Of a DNA stretch of 64,000 nucleotides, positions 48,946-57,658 are shown piece after piece; position 1 is the stretch's first letter; every line of letters starts with the position of its first letter. A program made the translations under genes and the position numbers. The notes beneath the pieces were generated by a model, which worked only from the letters and a program-made list of their open reading frames with translations, did not search any database and was not told where the DNA came from. The stretch is taken from the IMG/VR virus record IMGVR_UViG_3300042473_001265, positions 124,001 through 188,000 of that record. One strand, given 5' to 3'.

Positions 48946-49472
48946 TATGGTCCTTGTAAAAATCTTGCGCATGTGCCAGGTTTTAGTAACCCGGCTGCTT
49001 CCAACTGATCGCAATTGAACCCGTACTTGCCGCACCCCAGTTCGTTTGTGATAACATCGGCTGGTTGACACACACATGCAGCAATTGCTGCCATAATTGC
49101 TTGAACATTAGTCGGAGTCAATGGGCCTATTGACGCAGTCACCACTGATGTGTCCACATAATCAGACACTGTAATGCCATTGTTGATTGGCACATCTCTC
49201 AATGCAGGCAACGACGAAACCACTGCTTCTCCGTAAATGGCCAGCAACGGAACATCTGGAACGCCGGCTGTTCCTCTGTCAAGGCGTGACAGAGAAAATT
49301 GAACACCAGTTGTGGTCGGCGACTGCAATGTGTCACCAGATTTTAAACCAACAAATGTGCCAGCGGCCAACTGTTCAAGATAAACTCGTTCAGCTTCAAT
49401 TGCAGTGGTTCCAGCAGGAGCTTCTAATGTGAATAACAATCCATTGGGAAGATTAAAACTAAATTTAGCCAT
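48945..49472 (-). CDS. Tail/baseplate-associated protein ending in GKYGF..LEAAGLLKPG (first half of a lysozyme-like domain)
   Basis: ORF track 175 aa; follows gp5-like gene. Confidence 0.65.
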   Translation of the reverse strand: MAKFSFNLPNGLLFTLEAPAGTTAIEAERVYLEQLAAGTFVGLKSGDTLQSPTTTGVQFSLSRLDRGTAGVPDVPLLAIYGEAVVSSLPALRDVPINNGITVSDYVDTSVVTASIGPLTPTNVQAIMAAIAACVCQPADVITNELGCGKYGFNCDQLEAAGLLKPGTCARFLQGP

Positions 49473-49473
49473 G

Positions 49474-50988
49474 TTATGATACTGTTCCTGTAAATCCTGC
49501 AGGCAGTGGCGGAGTATTTGGCGGAGTGGTTGGTTGCCCAGGTTCCATTGGTACTTCTACGCTGACGCCTTGATTGTGAAACGGCCACGGTTCGTGCGTG
49601 GGTGCTCTGGTCACAATGCTTTCTAATCCCGAAGAAGAAATTTGCCAACCAGTGGCGTTGTTGAATTCTGTTTCAGGCATTACATATTTTTCCAACTTCT
49701 TGGGTGCATCTACATTTTCTGCAGATCCGCCATTGAGATCAATGCCGCCGGCTTGCAATGTCATGGCAGACCCAGCGTTCCATGATCCGTTGTTGCTGGC
49801 CAGTGCTAGACTGCCGTCGGCTTTGACAGCAATGCGAGCTTTGCTGTACAGAACGGTTTCTTCTGTGCTGTAAAATGTCAATTTCTTTTCAGATTCTACA
49901 GTTGTGCCTTCCATACTTTTCATATTGATACGAGCACCGGCAAACATGTTGATGTCTTTGTCTGCGTGAAAATTAATTGTTCCTTGTGTGCGAACATTAA
50001 CCGAGTTGGTAGCATACACATCCAGTGTGCCTTCTTGTCCCATTTCTAACCAAGTTTGTCCATTGGCATGAATGATGTATAAGAAGTTGCCGTCGTCACT
50101 CATTGTGATCTGATGACCGCCGGCTGTGCGAACACGCACAAGATTGTCTTTGTTGTTGAGATTGCCGTCATCCATCACAATGCTGTGGCCGCCACGACGG
50201 CCAATCACATTTACATCTGTGGCATTGATAGTTCTAGCAGCGATGCGTTGTTGTATATCAACTTCTGAAAATCCACCTTGGTACACTGGCCGCCCTGGCG
50301 TACTGATACCAAACACAGCACTGGGACTTTCTCGCTGGCTGGTTGAACTGATGGGGCCGCGCATTGGATCAGCCAGTGTGCCTTGCTGAAACATTTCAGC
50401 TGCTATAAAGCTGTGTACAGGTTTTGGTTGATTAAAGAATTGCGGATTATTGTCTATCTTTGAATTGTTTGGATTGATTTCTGTCACCGGCAATACAGTT
50501 GCGCCCAGGTAGTAGCTTTGTTGATCACTGTTTTGTAAATCAAAATTTGCACTGGACCCAATGGCCGGAATCATATGCGTCATGCCTTGATCTGGAATAC
50601 ATCCCATGTAATAGCCCAAGTTTGGGTCGCCGCCGGCAAAGAAACACAACACACTTACTCCAAGATCTGGAGGCGTGAACCACATGCCATAACTTTGCGG
50701 ATTCCCGTCCAGGTATCCTCCTACCGAGTTAGTATCACCTTTTTTACCAGCCTGTGGTGGTGTTGCTCCATAGAACGGAGATGCATAACTCACAGTGCGC
50801 CACAGCGACTTATTTGATGGATCGGACCCGGCAAACTGCTCAATATAAACTTGTAACCGACCTTGTCTGGTTGGATCAACATTGTTTTTTACCACGCCGA
50901 CAAACGGACCAAAGTCCGCTTTCATTCCGCCACGGTCGTATTTGTAATTGGGTGCTACGCCACTGTTTCTTTGTATATTTTCAGACAT
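49474..50988 (-). CDS. Baseplate central spike (T4 gp5/VgrG-like; OB-fold plus beta-helix, no lysozyme domain)
   Basis: DPTRQGRLQV, SYGMWFTPPD, RTAGGHQITMSD, beta-helix repeats, C-terminal RAPTHEPWPFH. Confidence 0.8.
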   Translation of the reverse strand: MSENIQRNSGVAPNYKYDRGGMKADFGPFVGVVKNNVDPTRQGRLQVYIEQFAGSDPSNKSLWRTVSYASPFYGATPPQAGKKGDTNSVGGYLDGNPQSYGMWFTPPDLGVSVLCFFAGGDPNLGYYMGCIPDQGMTHMIPAIGSSANFDLQNSDQQSYYLGATVLPVTEINPNNSKIDNNPQFFNQPKPVHSFIAAEMFQQGTLADPMRGPISSTSQRESPSAVFGISTPGRPVYQGGFSEVDIQQRIAARTINATDVNVIGRRGGHSIVMDDGNLNNKDNLVRVRTAGGHQITMSDDGNFLYIIHANGQTWLEMGQEGTLDVYATNSVNVRTQGTINFHADKDINMFAGARINMKSMEGTTVESEKKLTFYSTEETVLYSKARIAVKADGSLALASNNGSWNAGSAMTLQAGGIDLNGGSAENVDAPKKLEKYVMPETEFNNATGWQISSSGLESIVTRAPTHEPWPFHNQGVSVEVPMEPGQPTTPPNTPPLPAGFTGTVS

Positions 50989-50997
50989 GTGTTATCC

Positions 50998-52698
50998 TTA
51001 GGTATCTCTAACTATCAGTTGCGTTGCACCCGGAGTGGCCGGCAACGGTGGGAGTCCCAGTCGTTGTCTAACAATTGGATCATCGCCGGTGTAAGGTGGT
51101 GCATTTGGGTCCTGTAGTGATTTAACAAAAGAATCGGCATTTGATGCAATGCCCCCCAGAGTCAATGTTGGTGGCAACGTGACTGCTGGTGCCAACAGTT
51201 GTTGACCTCCTAATTCAGTTGTGAGCAATGCTTGAGCTGATTCAATGCCCGGTGTGGCCAATGATTCAGTTGGTGCTGCTAGTAGTGCTTGATTTTTTCT
51301 TGCTAGGTCCGCATTGGTAAGTTCTTGAGTTGCTGGTACTGCTCGATCTTGACGGGCAAAATCTCCAGCGGATAGGCTACCTGATGCTGGCGCTTTGGTT
51401 CTTGGATCAGTAATTTGAAATAATTTGCCCCGAAGGTCTTGTTCAAATTTGCCTTTGCTAAATTTGTTAGTACATTCAGTGGCTGTGTAGGTGTAGGTCT
51501 GAGATGCCTGAGCTGTGTTGGGAGTTTTGTTAGGACTTGCCAGGCCGGTACCGTTGACATCGTAATCTGCCACAGTGTTCCATTGCAGATCAAAAATAAT
51601 TTCTTGGGCGTCAAAATTGATTCCACCGTCGGGATTAAATGGGTTGAAATTGAATTCCAGTGACTTAACACCAGTGGCTGCTTCGCCTTGTTGTAACCAA
51701 GCTGGATCTCCAATGATGTTGAGATTTACCGTGGCAATGTCAGTTGGACTGTACAAATAATCAGCTGCACTTGCACCAATGCTGTTGGTTATTCCATCGG
51801 CACCTTGACTACTACTGCCGGCAACTGCTGCTTGATATTCAATTGCAGGAGCTTCTCGGGCCAGTTGATTGGTCAAGGCCTTGGTGTTGGTTGCAATTGT
51901 AGAATTGCTAAAGGTCAATTTATATGCAGAATTGAATTGCTGCTCATATCGTATCACCTGTGTGTTCTGTCCAGTAAACCAATACTTGTAACTTTTGTGT
52001 ATTCCACGCAGAGTGCCGGCTGGAAAATACTCGCTCATCATGCTGCTTATACCATATGCGCTGATGGTATATGTTATATTATACGCAAAATCTCTTCTTT
52101 TTTTGTCATACTGCAACGGCGAAGTGGTTACTGAAATTTTATACCACCCAAGATCGCCCAATGGTTTCTGTGGCTTGGTTTGTTGACTAACTTCGTCAAC
52201 CATCCAGGCCGCTTGATCTGTGATGTAACTGCTGTTTTTTAATATTTCGTCAAGAATTGCAACAATTGGAGTGCCAGCAGCAAAGTCAAAAGTTCTAACA
52301 TCGTATGATACAGAATTGGTAGCAGGATTGAGAGCATCAGCCTGATTGACACTTTGTTGCATGGGAACTTTGGCTTTGTTGGGTTTGCCACCTTTGGTAA
52401 CTTTTGCATCACCCAGTGCTGGCGGTGCAAATTCAATTTTGTATACATTGGCCACTTCCCATACACCATCAGCAACCAATTTTTGTTCGGCTGCATTTAA
52501 TGAATCTACTAAGCCGACTGCTGCTATTTTACTTTTTTTAATAGCTACTGCATTGGCCTTAGGTGGTGGTGTTGCTACGGGTGGTGGTGGTGTTGCTACG
52601 GCTGCTCGCGCTGCTGCACCCTTGGCCAACATAGCTGCGTCGGCTGCACGCATTCGAGCTATTATGCCCGGTCGTTTGGCGAAAAAGTCAGTGGCCAT
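50998..52698 (-). CDS. Baseplate hub/tail protein, C-terminal part (gp27-like)
   Basis: KSYKYWFTGQN, LNIIGDPAWL, FSKGKFEQDL; AGGAG RBS; one PYTGDDP module. Confidence 0.6.
   Translation of the reverse strand: MATDFFAKRPGIIARMRAADAAMLAKGAAARAAVATPPPPVATPPPKANAVAIKKSKIAAVGLVDSLNAAEQKLVADGVWEVANVYKIEFAPPALGDAKVTKGGKPNKAKVPMQQSVNQADALNPATNSVSYDVRTFDFAAGTPIVAILDEILKNSSYITDQAAWMVDEVSQQTKPQKPLGDLGWYKISVTTSPLQYDKKRRDFAYNITYTISAYGISSMMSEYFPAGTLRGIHKSYKYWFTGQNTQVIRYEQQFNSAYKLTFSNSTIATNTKALTNQLAREAPAIEYQAAVAGSSSQGADGITNSIGASAADYLYSPTDIATVNLNIIGDPAWLQQGEAATGVKSLEFNFNPFNPDGGINFDAQEIIFDLQWNTVADYDVNGTGLASPNKTPNTAQASQTYTYTATECTNKFSKGKFEQDLRGKLFQITDPRTKAPASGSLSAGDFARQDRAVPATQELTNADLARKNQALLAAPTESLATPGIESAQALLTTELGGQQLLAPAVTLPPTLTLGGIASNADSFVKSLQDPNAPPYTGDDPIVRQRLGLPPLPATPGATQLIVRDT
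52562..52601. repeat. 21-bp tandem duplication (VATPPPP VATPPP)
   Basis: ggtggtggtgttgctacgg twice in tandem. Confidence 0.8.
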
Positions 52699-52700
52699 GA

Positions 52701-54146
52701 TTATGCTCCTACCTGGAATGGCGAAAGACTTTCGCCGGTGAAACTACCATTTTCATCTACTCCAGCATTGGCAGGTACCACATTGACTGGAGGGGCCGGT
52801 GGCTGTGGAGTTGTAATTCTGCCGTCGTCTGCTGACACTTCTGCATTTGCTATGCCATTCATTAATAAATCTTTTACTGTGGCGCCGGTGATTTCAATTG
52901 GTGCTTTTATCACGCCCAAATTGGATCCAAACCCCACATCGTATACCAATGGTTTTGCCTTGACCGAGTATTCAACCAATTTGTTTCCCACAGAAAAATT
53001 CAACTCAGACAGTTTGAATGGTATAATTTTTTCCACTAGAGCATTGTTGTTGTCGCTGTTGCTGGCCTGCACTATCTTGCCAGTTTCGTCGTAGCCGTAA
53101 AATTTTATGACCAAACAATACATTGCAGAAACATAAGGAATATCAGAATTTTTATACACACTTTGCACTGCGTTATAAAGATTATCAATCAGTGTTATGC
53201 CTGTTGTTTCTGTCACAGTAAATGAGATGTCTGTTGTATTGTTGGCCCGGCCAGTGCCTTTTCCTGTTATTTTACTTTTAATTTCTAAATTGTCAATGTA
53301 ATAATCTAATTCAAAAAATTTATTGCGAGCAATTGCTGCGTTGGGAGCGGTAGAAGCTCCACCACTCTGCATCAACAAACTGTAAGCGGCATAATTGGCC
53401 TTTCCAGTTTTTGTCAATGCAGCAACACTGGCTGGATCCATCAAGTACCAGGCAATGTTATAGGTGTAACTGGCATACTGATCCAATATGTTGTTTCTAG
53501 GAGCAAATCTTGTTTTGTTGAATGCGTTGAGAATTCGTTGAGTGTTTGCTGCTGTCTGACCGCTGTCTTCGCCGGCACCCACACCGGCTGCGCCTGCAGG
53601 CCGTCCTTCTGTGCTGCGGCCAGTATTGGCTGGTGGAACACTCTGAGTCTGAGCCAGGGTCTTTACAGGAGGGTTGGTTCCTGTGTCTGTGTTGGCGGCC
53701 AGAGTGGCAGCTTGATTTGTGGTCAGCCGTTCGTTGGCACTGGCCGGCGGTGGTGCAGGATTTTGTGTGGCGCCGTCGGCTGATTCTTTTACTTCAGAGG
53801 TGGCAGTGGGGGCTGTTTGTTTTGCATCAAAATCTGCTTTTTGCTGTGCTGCGTACAGATCATTTTCAAGAGTTCGAATTTTTGCTTGTTCGGCCTCGAG
53901 TGCCTGTGCGGCTGCGTCGCCGGCTGCGTCAATTTTGGCATCAAGCTGAGCAGCCTGCTCGCGCAGAAGTTTTGCTCCGGCTTGGTCGCCGCCCTGAGCT
54001 TGTTTTCGAGCAGCCGCTATCAGCTGATCTTTTTCGGCTTCCAACACAGCAACTTCGCGCCGGGCAGCGCCATTAGCGGCCTCCAACGGGCCCAGCGCTG
54101 CGCGAGCTGCTGCTATCCGTTGTTCAATTTCTGCTGGTGTTGCCAT
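52701..54146 (-). CDS. Baseplate hub/tail protein, N-terminal part
   Basis: Coiled-coil N-terminus; NILDQYASYTY, DYYIDNLEI, ISFTVTE..G..LIDNL, IKFYGYD. Confidence 0.6.
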   Translation of the reverse strand: MATPAEIEQRIAAARAALGPLEAANGAARREVAVLEAEKDQLIAAARKQAQGGDQAGAKLLREQAAQLDAKIDAAGDAAAQALEAEQAKIRTLENDLYAAQQKADFDAKQTAPTATSEVKESADGATQNPAPPPASANERLTTNQAATLAANTDTGTNPPVKTLAQTQSVPPANTGRSTEGRPAGAAGVGAGEDSGQTAANTQRILNAFNKTRFAPRNNILDQYASYTYNIAWYLMDPASVAALTKTGKANYAAYSLLMQSGGASTAPNAAIARNKFFELDYYIDNLEIKSKITGKGTGRANNTTDISFTVTETTGITLIDNLYNAVQSVYKNSDIPYVSAMYCLVIKFYGYDETGKIVQASNSDNNNALVEKIIPFKLSELNFSVGNKLVEYSVKAKPLVYDVGFGSNLGVIKAPIEITGATVKDLLMNGIANAEVSADDGRITTPQPPAPPVNVVPANAGVDENGSFTGESLSPFQVGA

Positions 54147-54149
54147 AGT

Positions 54150-54449
54150 TTAGAATCCCAACACTGCTCTTAGTGTGCTCAGTTTGGGAACATAGATATT
54201 GGTATTCATTGCAAAATCCAATGGTGGTTTTGTGAGTGTGTTGGGGTTGCGTTGATAAAACACCCACCATAGGCCACCGTTGTCGTACAGGTCAAATGCC
54301 AGTAGATCTGGTCTGTACTGATAAGTTTGATTGATGGTAAACACCAGATCGTCGGACTGTGAGGGGATTGGTCTATTGACCATGGTGTCTAGGAAGAACT
54401 GACTGTAGCCAGTGGTTGCATATGGACTGGTTGAATTATAAGTTGCCAT
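54150..54449 (-). CDS. Baseplate wedge protein (T4 gp53/LysM-like)
   Basis: YQYRPDLLAFDLYDNGGLWWVF..N; TAATG-coupled start. Confidence 0.8.
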   Translation of the reverse strand: MATYNSTSPYATTGYSQFFLDTMVNRPIPSQSDDLVFTINQTYQYRPDLLAFDLYDNGGLWWVFYQRNPNTLTKPPLDFAMNTNIYVPKLSTLRAVLGF

Positions 54450-56527
54450 TACCACATTCCTCCTTTGAGCAGATCACCGGTGGCATATTGTCGTACACTG
54501 AATCGTTGACTCTGTGCTTGACGACTGACCACTGGCAACAGCGAAACTGATATGGTCATTTTGGTTGGCACATATGTGGGAATTGTGTTTGATCCCAGTG
54601 TCTGCGGCGCTGGCGGAATATTTTGGCCGCCTTTTGGCAAGGGCTGTCCGTTGAACAGTTTGGATGATGCCAATCTGTTTACTGCACCACCCAGTACGCC
54701 GCCCAGTATGCCATTGCCCCAGGATGTGCCAGGGCCAGTTGAATTGTTTGATTGGCGTTGCTGTAGCATATTGCTGTTATTTACATTGGGACTGTAGGCA
54801 CGAATATAATCCACATCAGCTGGTAGGTCATATGTGAATCCACTGACCACACAAGGATGTTCGTTGAATTGAAACTCACCCAGGCCGGTCAGATACACCA
54901 AGGGCGGCGGTGTTCCGCGCTGTGGATCTTGTCCGTAGAACATTTTGGTAACAGATTTAAAAAAGTGTATCACTGCCAACAGGTATTCGGCCTCTGCTGT
55001 GCTCTGTGCTGTGAAAGTCGAACTTATTGTAAACGGTTCCACTGCACTGCCTTGATAAAAATATCCTTTATAATTGGAATGTGTGATGTCCGTGGTGACA
55101 TAAGTGGCCTTGTAACTGGTCTGTATTGTGGGAGTGTAGGGGAATATCACACCATCTGGTGCCAAGGGTGCTAAAATTCCTGGCGGCTTGGCCATGTACA
55201 GATAATCGGCTAGGGGTGCTAGGCGCAGTTTGACACGCCAGTCGGCGTTGTTTTTGTTGCTGCGTTGATTGGCAATGGTATTTTGTGCTCGGGCCTTGTC
55301 CAATGTAACAGCTTGTTGAGCAGCAGCTTCTTGTGCATCAGCAGCTTGCAGTTGTGCGCGAGCAGCGGCCTGATTTGCATCTTGGGCAATTGTTTCTTCA
55401 TCAGTTGGATAGACTGTGGGGTCATCAGTAACTGCTGCAGGTTCAGCTGTTTGTTCGGCTAGCTCTTGTCGATTGAGTTCTTGTTCTCTTTCTAATCTCT
55501 CAGCTTCGAACGGATCATCCGCAGGGTCAACATCAGCAGGATCAACATCTATTGGGTTATCATTGAGTTCTTGTTCTCTTTCTAATCTTTCAGCTTCAAA
55601 TGGATCGTCAACTGCCTCGGGTTCGCCCAACTCAACTGCGTCTGCGCCGTCGGTTTCTTCGCTGGTGAATCCATAGTCATTTCCTAATTCTTCGGGAGTA
55701 ACTGGTGCTGCGGCGGCAGCCGTGTCAGCATTGGGTGCCCGGCCTTGAGCATCTATCTGCGCTTCGGTTTGTTGTGCCTGCTGTTGATCATTGTTTGAAT
55801 CAACTGCTTCATTGGTGCTGGTGGTTCCCGAAGTAACTGTTTCAGTAGTTGTTGTGGTATTGGGTACTGTGGTTACTGTTGGCGCACCTGGTGTTTCGGC
55901 ATCAATTTGTTTGTTTTTAAGTTCGCTTCTTTCAGCTGACAGTTTGTCTAGTTTTTCTTGTCGTTCTTGTTTTTCCTCGGGACTGAGAGGTGGAAGACCT
56001 TGTTTTTTTCTAGCAAAGTCGCTGGGATTGTCTTTCTGGAACTGATCAATTTCAGCTTGTTTTGCCGCAATTGCCGGTTGCACTGCCTGGCTGGCTGCAT
56101 TGGGAGTTCTGGCTCCAGCAGTGACTGTGGTTGACCCTCCTCCACTGACTGTTTCCGTACTGGTAGTGGTATAGTTGATTGGAGTTTTGCTGCTGGGCTG
56201 CGCTGCGGCATCTTGAGCATAATCAACCTGTTCAAAGTTTGATGGTGACTTTAGCCCTTGGTCAAACCTGGCACTGTCAGCAGCTTCGGCTTGGTCGGCC
56301 CTGGCGCTTTGTGCAGCTTCGGCTGCGGTTGGTGGATCATAATCAACACCGGCCACTTTGCTGCCGCCGCCGGCTATGGTGGCTCCTAACTGTCCATTAT
56401 CGCCAATGGCATAGTTGGTAGCTTCAGCTTCGCTGATGCCAGACTGAGCAAACGCCGCATCTTGGGACATGCCTTTTTGAATCAAGCTGTTATATAGTGC
56501 TGCTTTTTTTGGGCTGTAGTCTGCCAT
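54449..56527 (-). CDS. Baseplate tail-tube initiator/cap (gp48/gp54-like) with long acidic N-terminal extension
   Basis: VIFPYTPTI..HSNY..FTAQ..HFFKSVTKMFYG..GTPPP..PCVV; AGGAAA RBS. Confidence 0.6.
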   Translation of the reverse strand: MADYSPKKAALYNSLIQKGMSQDAAFAQSGISEAEATNYAIGDNGQLGATIAGGGSKVAGVDYDPPTAAEAAQSARADQAEAADSARFDQGLKSPSNFEQVDYAQDAAAQPSSKTPINYTTTSTETVSGGGSTTVTAGARTPNAASQAVQPAIAAKQAEIDQFQKDNPSDFARKKQGLPPLSPEEKQERQEKLDKLSAERSELKNKQIDAETPGAPTVTTVPNTTTTTETVTSGTTSTNEAVDSNNDQQQAQQTEAQIDAQGRAPNADTAAAAAPVTPEELGNDYGFTSEETDGADAVELGEPEAVDDPFEAERLEREQELNDNPIDVDPADVDPADDPFEAERLEREQELNRQELAEQTAEPAAVTDDPTVYPTDEETIAQDANQAAARAQLQAADAQEAAAQQAVTLDKARAQNTIANQRSNKNNADWRVKLRLAPLADYLYMAKPPGILAPLAPDGVIFPYTPTIQTSYKATYVTTDITHSNYKGYFYQGSAVEPFTISSTFTAQSTAEAEYLLAVIHFFKSVTKMFYGQDPQRGTPPPLVYLTGLGEFQFNEHPCVVSGFTYDLPADVDYIRAYSPNVNNSNMLQQRQSNNSTGPGTSWGNGILGGVLGGAVNRLASSKLFNGQPLPKGGQNIPPAPQTLGSNTIPTYVPTKMTISVSLLPVVSRQAQSQRFSVRQYATGDLLKGGMW
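55472..55609. repeat. Two-copy direct repeat (90-bp period) encoding DDPFEAERLEREQELN
   Basis: attgagttcttgttctctttctaatct..cagcttc..ggatc at 55472 and 55562. Confidence 0.85.
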
Positions 56528-56547
56528 GGTTATTGTTTCCTATACCT

Positions 56548-56567
56548 TATTTATTGCAAAAATAAAC
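56548..56567 (-). promoter_or_regulatory. Putative late promoter for the baseplate operon
   Basis: GTTTATT-N6-ATAAATA upstream of the AGGAAA RBS of 56527. Confidence 0.55.
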
Positions 56568-56587
56568 TGGGCACATAATGATAAAGG

Positions 56588-56620
56588 TTGACAACACGGT
56601 AAACCATGCTATAATAAATA
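56588..56620 (+). promoter_or_regulatory. Consensus sigma70 promoter overlapped by late ATAAATA
   Basis: TTGACA-16 bp-(TGc)TATAAT, continuing ATAAATA; GAGGAG RBS downstream. Confidence 0.75.
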
Positions 56621-56641
56621 CATTACGAGGAGACACTGCCT

Positions 56642-57658
56642 GTGGCAACAAAACGCACTATATCCAACTTGGATTCTACCAAATCAATATCATCAACTCC
56701 GATAGCGCCAAAAGTAAATTATCTCAACAACAGAGACATTTTAAAAGAGATTCACGCCAGCAAAAACACCTACTGCTACTATGTCAATCCTGATGCGGAC
56801 AGTCAATACGACATTATTTTGCCCAGCCTGGACAAAATCAATCAGCGTACCATTGCCGAAGCACGCCGAAATCGTGCTGACCGTCTCAAACGACTGGGCA
56901 CTATAGTTGACCCTGTGAAAATCCCCAACACTGATTTGGTGTTCCGTATCAGCTGCTGGGATCATATCCCAATGGCAGAGAAAAAAATTCCCAAATCAGA
57001 ACAAAAGAAAAAACAAAAACTGGAAGACCTACTGCAATTTGAAGACGAGCCCATTGATGATTCACTAGACGAGCTGCTGGATGATGTGCTGTTGAATCCG
57101 GTTCGGCAGCGACTGAACTTTCCTCCATTTGAGCATTGGCGCCTGGATAATAACAAAGAAAAATACCTTGTTGGCCGTAGTCATTGGAAAGGCAATCTTG
57201 AAACCGGAGAATTTTCCAAGGATCACGGCGACATGACACGCAAACTTGCACACATGTTTATGAAGCTGTGTGAACGCTATGCCACCAGATCAAACTGGCG
57301 CGGCTACACCTACAACGAAGAAATGCGCGGCCAGGCCCTGTTGCAACTGAGTCAAATTGGACTACAGTTTGACGAAAGCAAAAGTCAAAATCCATTTGCC
57401 TACTACACTGCTGCCATTACCAACAGCTTTACTCGCATCTTGAATTTGGAAAAGAAAAGTCAAAACATTCGTGATGACATTTTGGAAATCAACGGGCTAA
57501 GTCCGTCGTGGACAAGACAAAATGCCGGCCGGCCCAGTATGGCTCAGCTGAGTGGTCCTGTTACCATCACCACTTACATTGTGGATCGACCAGTGGCGGA
57601 GCCTGCGGGTATCAATATTGATGTTGAAGAATACAATAAAGACAATGCTACCAACTGA
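56642..57658 (+). CDS. Late-transcription sigma factor (T4 gp55-like)
   Basis: YLNNRDIL; NWRGYTYNEEM..FDESKSQNPFAYYT..NSFTRILNLEKK matches gp55 pattern; synteny with gp47/gp46. Confidence 0.85.
   Translation: MATKRTISNLDSTKSISSTPIAPKVNYLNNRDILKEIHASKNTYCYYVNPDADSQYDIILPSLDKINQRTIAEARRNRADRLKRLGTIVDPVKIPNTDLVFRISCWDHIPMAEKKIPKSEQKKKQKLEDLLQFEDEPIDDSLDELLDDVLLNPVRQRLNFPPFEHWRLDNNKEKYLVGRSHWKGNLETGEFSKDHGDMTRKLAHMFMKLCERYATRSNWRGYTYNEEMRGQALLQLSQIGLQFDESKSQNPFAYYTAAITNSFTRILNLEKKSQNIRDDILEINGLSPSWTRQNAGRPSMAQLSGPVTITTYIVDRPVAEPAGINIDVEEYNKDNATN

Larger units (their letters stand above)
47602..51141 (-). repeat. Three dispersed copies of a coding module DPNAPPYTGDDPI[VI]R[AQ]RLGLP (about 47602-47700, 48322-48396, 51043-51141)
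   Basis: Near-identical peptides with synonymous DNA differences, in two different genes. Confidence 0.9.

Noticed and set aside
48946-49077. ORF-track start of the 495-aa ORF (MCVSTSR..)
   Set aside because: It overlaps the upstream gene by 132 nt. The TAATG-coupled ATG at 48945 with AAGGA SD is more plausible; the open frame is used only as frameshift evidence.
47602-51141. PYTGDDP repeats as a CRISPR array, DGR template/variable repeat or mobile element
   Set aside because: Irregular spacing, in-frame coding, and mostly synonymous rather than adenine-specific differences; no RT, cas or transposase in the window.
48860-52720. T4 gene-60-type ribosomal bypass at the two split junctions
   Set aside because: Matching codons exist downstream but are expected by chance in Pro/Ala-rich linkers. 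Both junctions have SD plus ATG, so reinitiation is the simpler explanation.
29279-56527. Numerous 60-240 aa plus-strand ORFs (e.g. 47663-48373, 39521-40135, 53546-54076)
   Set aside because: They are antisense shadows of long minus-strand structural genes, with no RBS, motifs or independent support.
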